DNA of 64,000 bases from Azolla caroliniana (taxonomy: Eukaryota; Plantae; Polypodiophyta), in the NCBI GenBank assembly GCA_043228905.1, contig JBHGNT010000021.1:12090001-12154000 (forward strand), read 5' to 3'. Below the pieces are notes generated by a model. The model was not told the DNA's origin. It ran no database searches and saw only the letters and a list, made by a program, of their open reading frames with translations. The position numbers and the translations under genes are program-made. This document shows positions 61,454 to 64,000 of this stretch, in pieces (position 1 is the stretch's first letter; every line of letters starts with the position of its first letter).

Positions 61454-64000
61454 GTACCAACATTCCGTGTCGGCCTTTGCTTGCCTGCCTCCGGCGCCGC
61501 CTTGACTCCCCCTGCTTGTGGAGGGTCCGGAACTGCTGTCGACACGTTCTCTGTGCCTTCGATCCTGTTGTTGCCGGCCGCTACCATTGCGAGTTGACAC
61601 ACCTCGTCCACCACACCCACGAGGCCGATCCGCCTCCGTGTACAACATCCGGTTGTCGGTGGGTGCACTTGTTGACGCACCGGCATGGTTCTCCTCTACA
61701 AGGAGCATCGACTATAGGTCGAAAAATGACGGCATATTCTCCCTCGTATAGACAGCCGTTCGGAAAGCTCCGAACTTGGACGCTAGCCCACCAAGACACA
61801 CTTGCACCATCTCGTCCTCCTCGACGTTCACATTGACGGAGGCGAGTGAGTCACAAATTTCCTTGATTCGAGCCGTGTAATCGGCCACAAACATATTTTT
61901 CTGTCGGACATTGTTGAGCTCCTACCTGAGCTGCAACTTCCTGACCGTTGTGCTTGCGACGAAAACCTTCTTCAGGTTTCGCCAAGCTTCTTTTGGCGTC
62001 TTGGCATCTCGGATATGGCTTAGCTGTTGGTCTCCGACATTGGACACGAAGCAGTACATCATTGTACTTGCCGCTTGTTCCCACACTGGGAAGTCCTTGT
62101 GTGCTGCATCAGGTGCTATGTTGTTAGCTCCATCGACATAGCTCCAATACCCATGCCCAAGCAGGTACTGGTGCATCTTGTATGACCAAGGTGCGTAGTT
62201 GGATTTGTTGAGCTTCTCCACCGGAAGCGAGCTAGCCATTCCTTTGTCCATTACTTCTCTTTCTGTTCTTACCGGGTCTTCAAATGCTGATGTTGGCTGC
62301 AGAGGTTCTTAACCCTCACGCTCTGATACCATGTGAAAGAATAGCGTGCGGAAGCAGTGGAAAACCGAAAAAAGAAACGCAGGTTTAATGGAGAGCTTAG
62401 AATATACACAATACGCGAGAGAGACAAAGAGAGAGAGAGCACACAGAAACTCAATTAAAAAATATTACTCAGTCTATAACACTCTGTACATCGTATGTGT
62501 TCAGTGAACACTTTTATACAAGTCCATACAGACTGACAGAAGTACGGTGTACTTCAATGCTCACATGAGCGTCTGACACTAACTACAAGACATTAACTAC
62601 CTAGTAGTCCAGGCTGCTACTAGGCTTCCGGTTACTGATGAATCTGGCTACTCGGCTCACTTGCTTACCGATGTGGCTCGTCCTTCCGGATTCCGATCCA
62701 GCTCAGGCTTATTCAGCCGATCCGGATCCGGTTGAGCTTGCCGCTCAACAAGTTTCTCTTTCCACTCTCGCATGGAATTCCTTGAAGACAGATAGCACCT
62801 AATCCTTCGTCTTCAACGGTGAGACCCACAACTTCCGGCTGTGGTCATCTATAAACGTCACGAAGTACTGCGATCCGGCATGTGACTTCGTGTCCACTTG
62901 ACACACATCGGTATGCACCAACTCTAGTGGTGTATTCCGTCTCATCGGTGGTCTTGACCGGAAGGAGGTTTGGTTTTGCTTGCCGGTCAGGCAATCGGTG
63001 CACTTCTCAAGTTGCACGTCCTTCACCAGAATGAGATTGTCTTCGACAAGTCTCTTCATCCCCTTCTGACTCGTGTGACACAGTCTCTTGTGCCATAGCT
63101 CACCGGCAGTGTTGGATGCAACGTTCACTTCTTCCCGGCATATCCGGGCATGCATCAAGTATAGTGTGTTGACCTTCCGGGCTCGAGCTACTATTAGGCT
63201 CCCTTTGCTGAACTTCATAACTCCGTTTCGGATGCTACCCATGTAGCCTTCATCATCTAGCCAACCGGGTGATATCAGGTTTAGTCGAACCTCCAGAATG
63301 TGTCGGACATCCTCGGGCATCCTTCAGCAACAACTTGCATCTGGTTGATGTCGTCAACAACACATCTCCTATGCCGACAATTCGGCATGTACCTTCATTC
63401 CCCATCCAGGCACAACCATGATCTCCGGCTGTGTAGGATGAGAAGCATCTCCGGTCTGGTGTCAGGTGGAACAACGCTCTGGAATAGACAACCCACGTTG
63501 TCTTGTCGCCGACAAGGTTTAACTCATTCTCCTCAATAATGAGCATAAGTTCTTCTTCACTTGTCGTGATTGCCGACGTTCCCTTCCGATCCGAGCCTTT
63601 CCGGTCCGAACCCTTCTTCGAATCGGCATTGTTAGTTCCTTTCTCTTTCCGACAGTTCTTCTGGAAATGCAGACAGTTCTTCTGGAAGTGCCCCGACTTC
63701 CCACAATAGAAGTAAGTAGGCCTCCCCCTTGACTTCGACCTCGTCCCCGATTTGTCCCGGTTTTGGGGACTCCGATACCGGCCTCTTCCCCGATTGTGGT
63801 CATCTTCCATGACCAAGGCCTTCGGATCTGTTCCGGATTCCCGGTCCTTCCGGTGAGCTTCTTCATCTAGCAAGCTTGACTTGACTCTTGCTAGGGACAA
63901 CTGTTTTCCTTCCGGCCCGACGTTGCCCAATGTGACAACTAATGTCTCCCAACTATTCGGGAGGGAACCAAGCAGGAGTAATGCGAGCACCTCATTGGCA

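Larger units (their letters stand above)
47376..62750 (-). mobile_element. Copia G (same lineage as B), full span; hosts L, I and H2
   Basis: LTRs 47376-47815 and 62332-62750; PBS-iMet 62320-62331; PPT next to 47816; TSD GGTTT/AGTTT; gag 61454-62251, PR/INT 56100-57539, RT 54562-55591, RH 48400-49645. Confidence 0.93.
43605..64000 (-). mobile_element. Copia F (Tnt1-like), 5' end beyond the window; hosts K and Copia G
   Basis: 3' LTR 43605-44093 with PPT; RH 44114-45330; RT 45330-46500 (LLYVDDM); INT 46927-47375 + 62751-63320; gag/PR 63253-63990 (LLLGSLPNSWETL). Confidence 0.9.

Overview
Eukaryotic nuclear DNA from a land plant, probably non-seed (inferred from retroelement types). The only host gene is at the left edge: the 5' part of chloroplast FtsHi2 (minus strand, ATG at 1454), which runs off the window and is therefore absent from the ORF track. 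From about 3 kb onward the window is a nested stack of decayed LTR retrotransposons, up to 7 levels deep, that can be reconstructed from LTR ends, primer-binding sites (PBS) and target-site duplications (TSDs). It contains a chromovirus-like gag-PR remnant, two tRNA-Arg-primed Gypsy elements with an extra 3' ORF, several tRNA-iMet-type Copia elements, and a tRNA-Trp-primed Gypsy lineage. The Trp-primed lineage is the most unusual part. It comprises one decayed full-length element, two gag-only derivatives and four isolated LTRs, all with TGTC(G)...CGACA ends. All six of its insertion units have 4-bp TSDs centred on CpG. Two units integrated with inverted LTR ends: one fold-back and one tail-to-tail heterodimer joined through PBS stubs. 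Three of its LTR subfamilies carry tRNA-like Pol III A/B boxes in U3. All calls were made by eye; no database searches were run.
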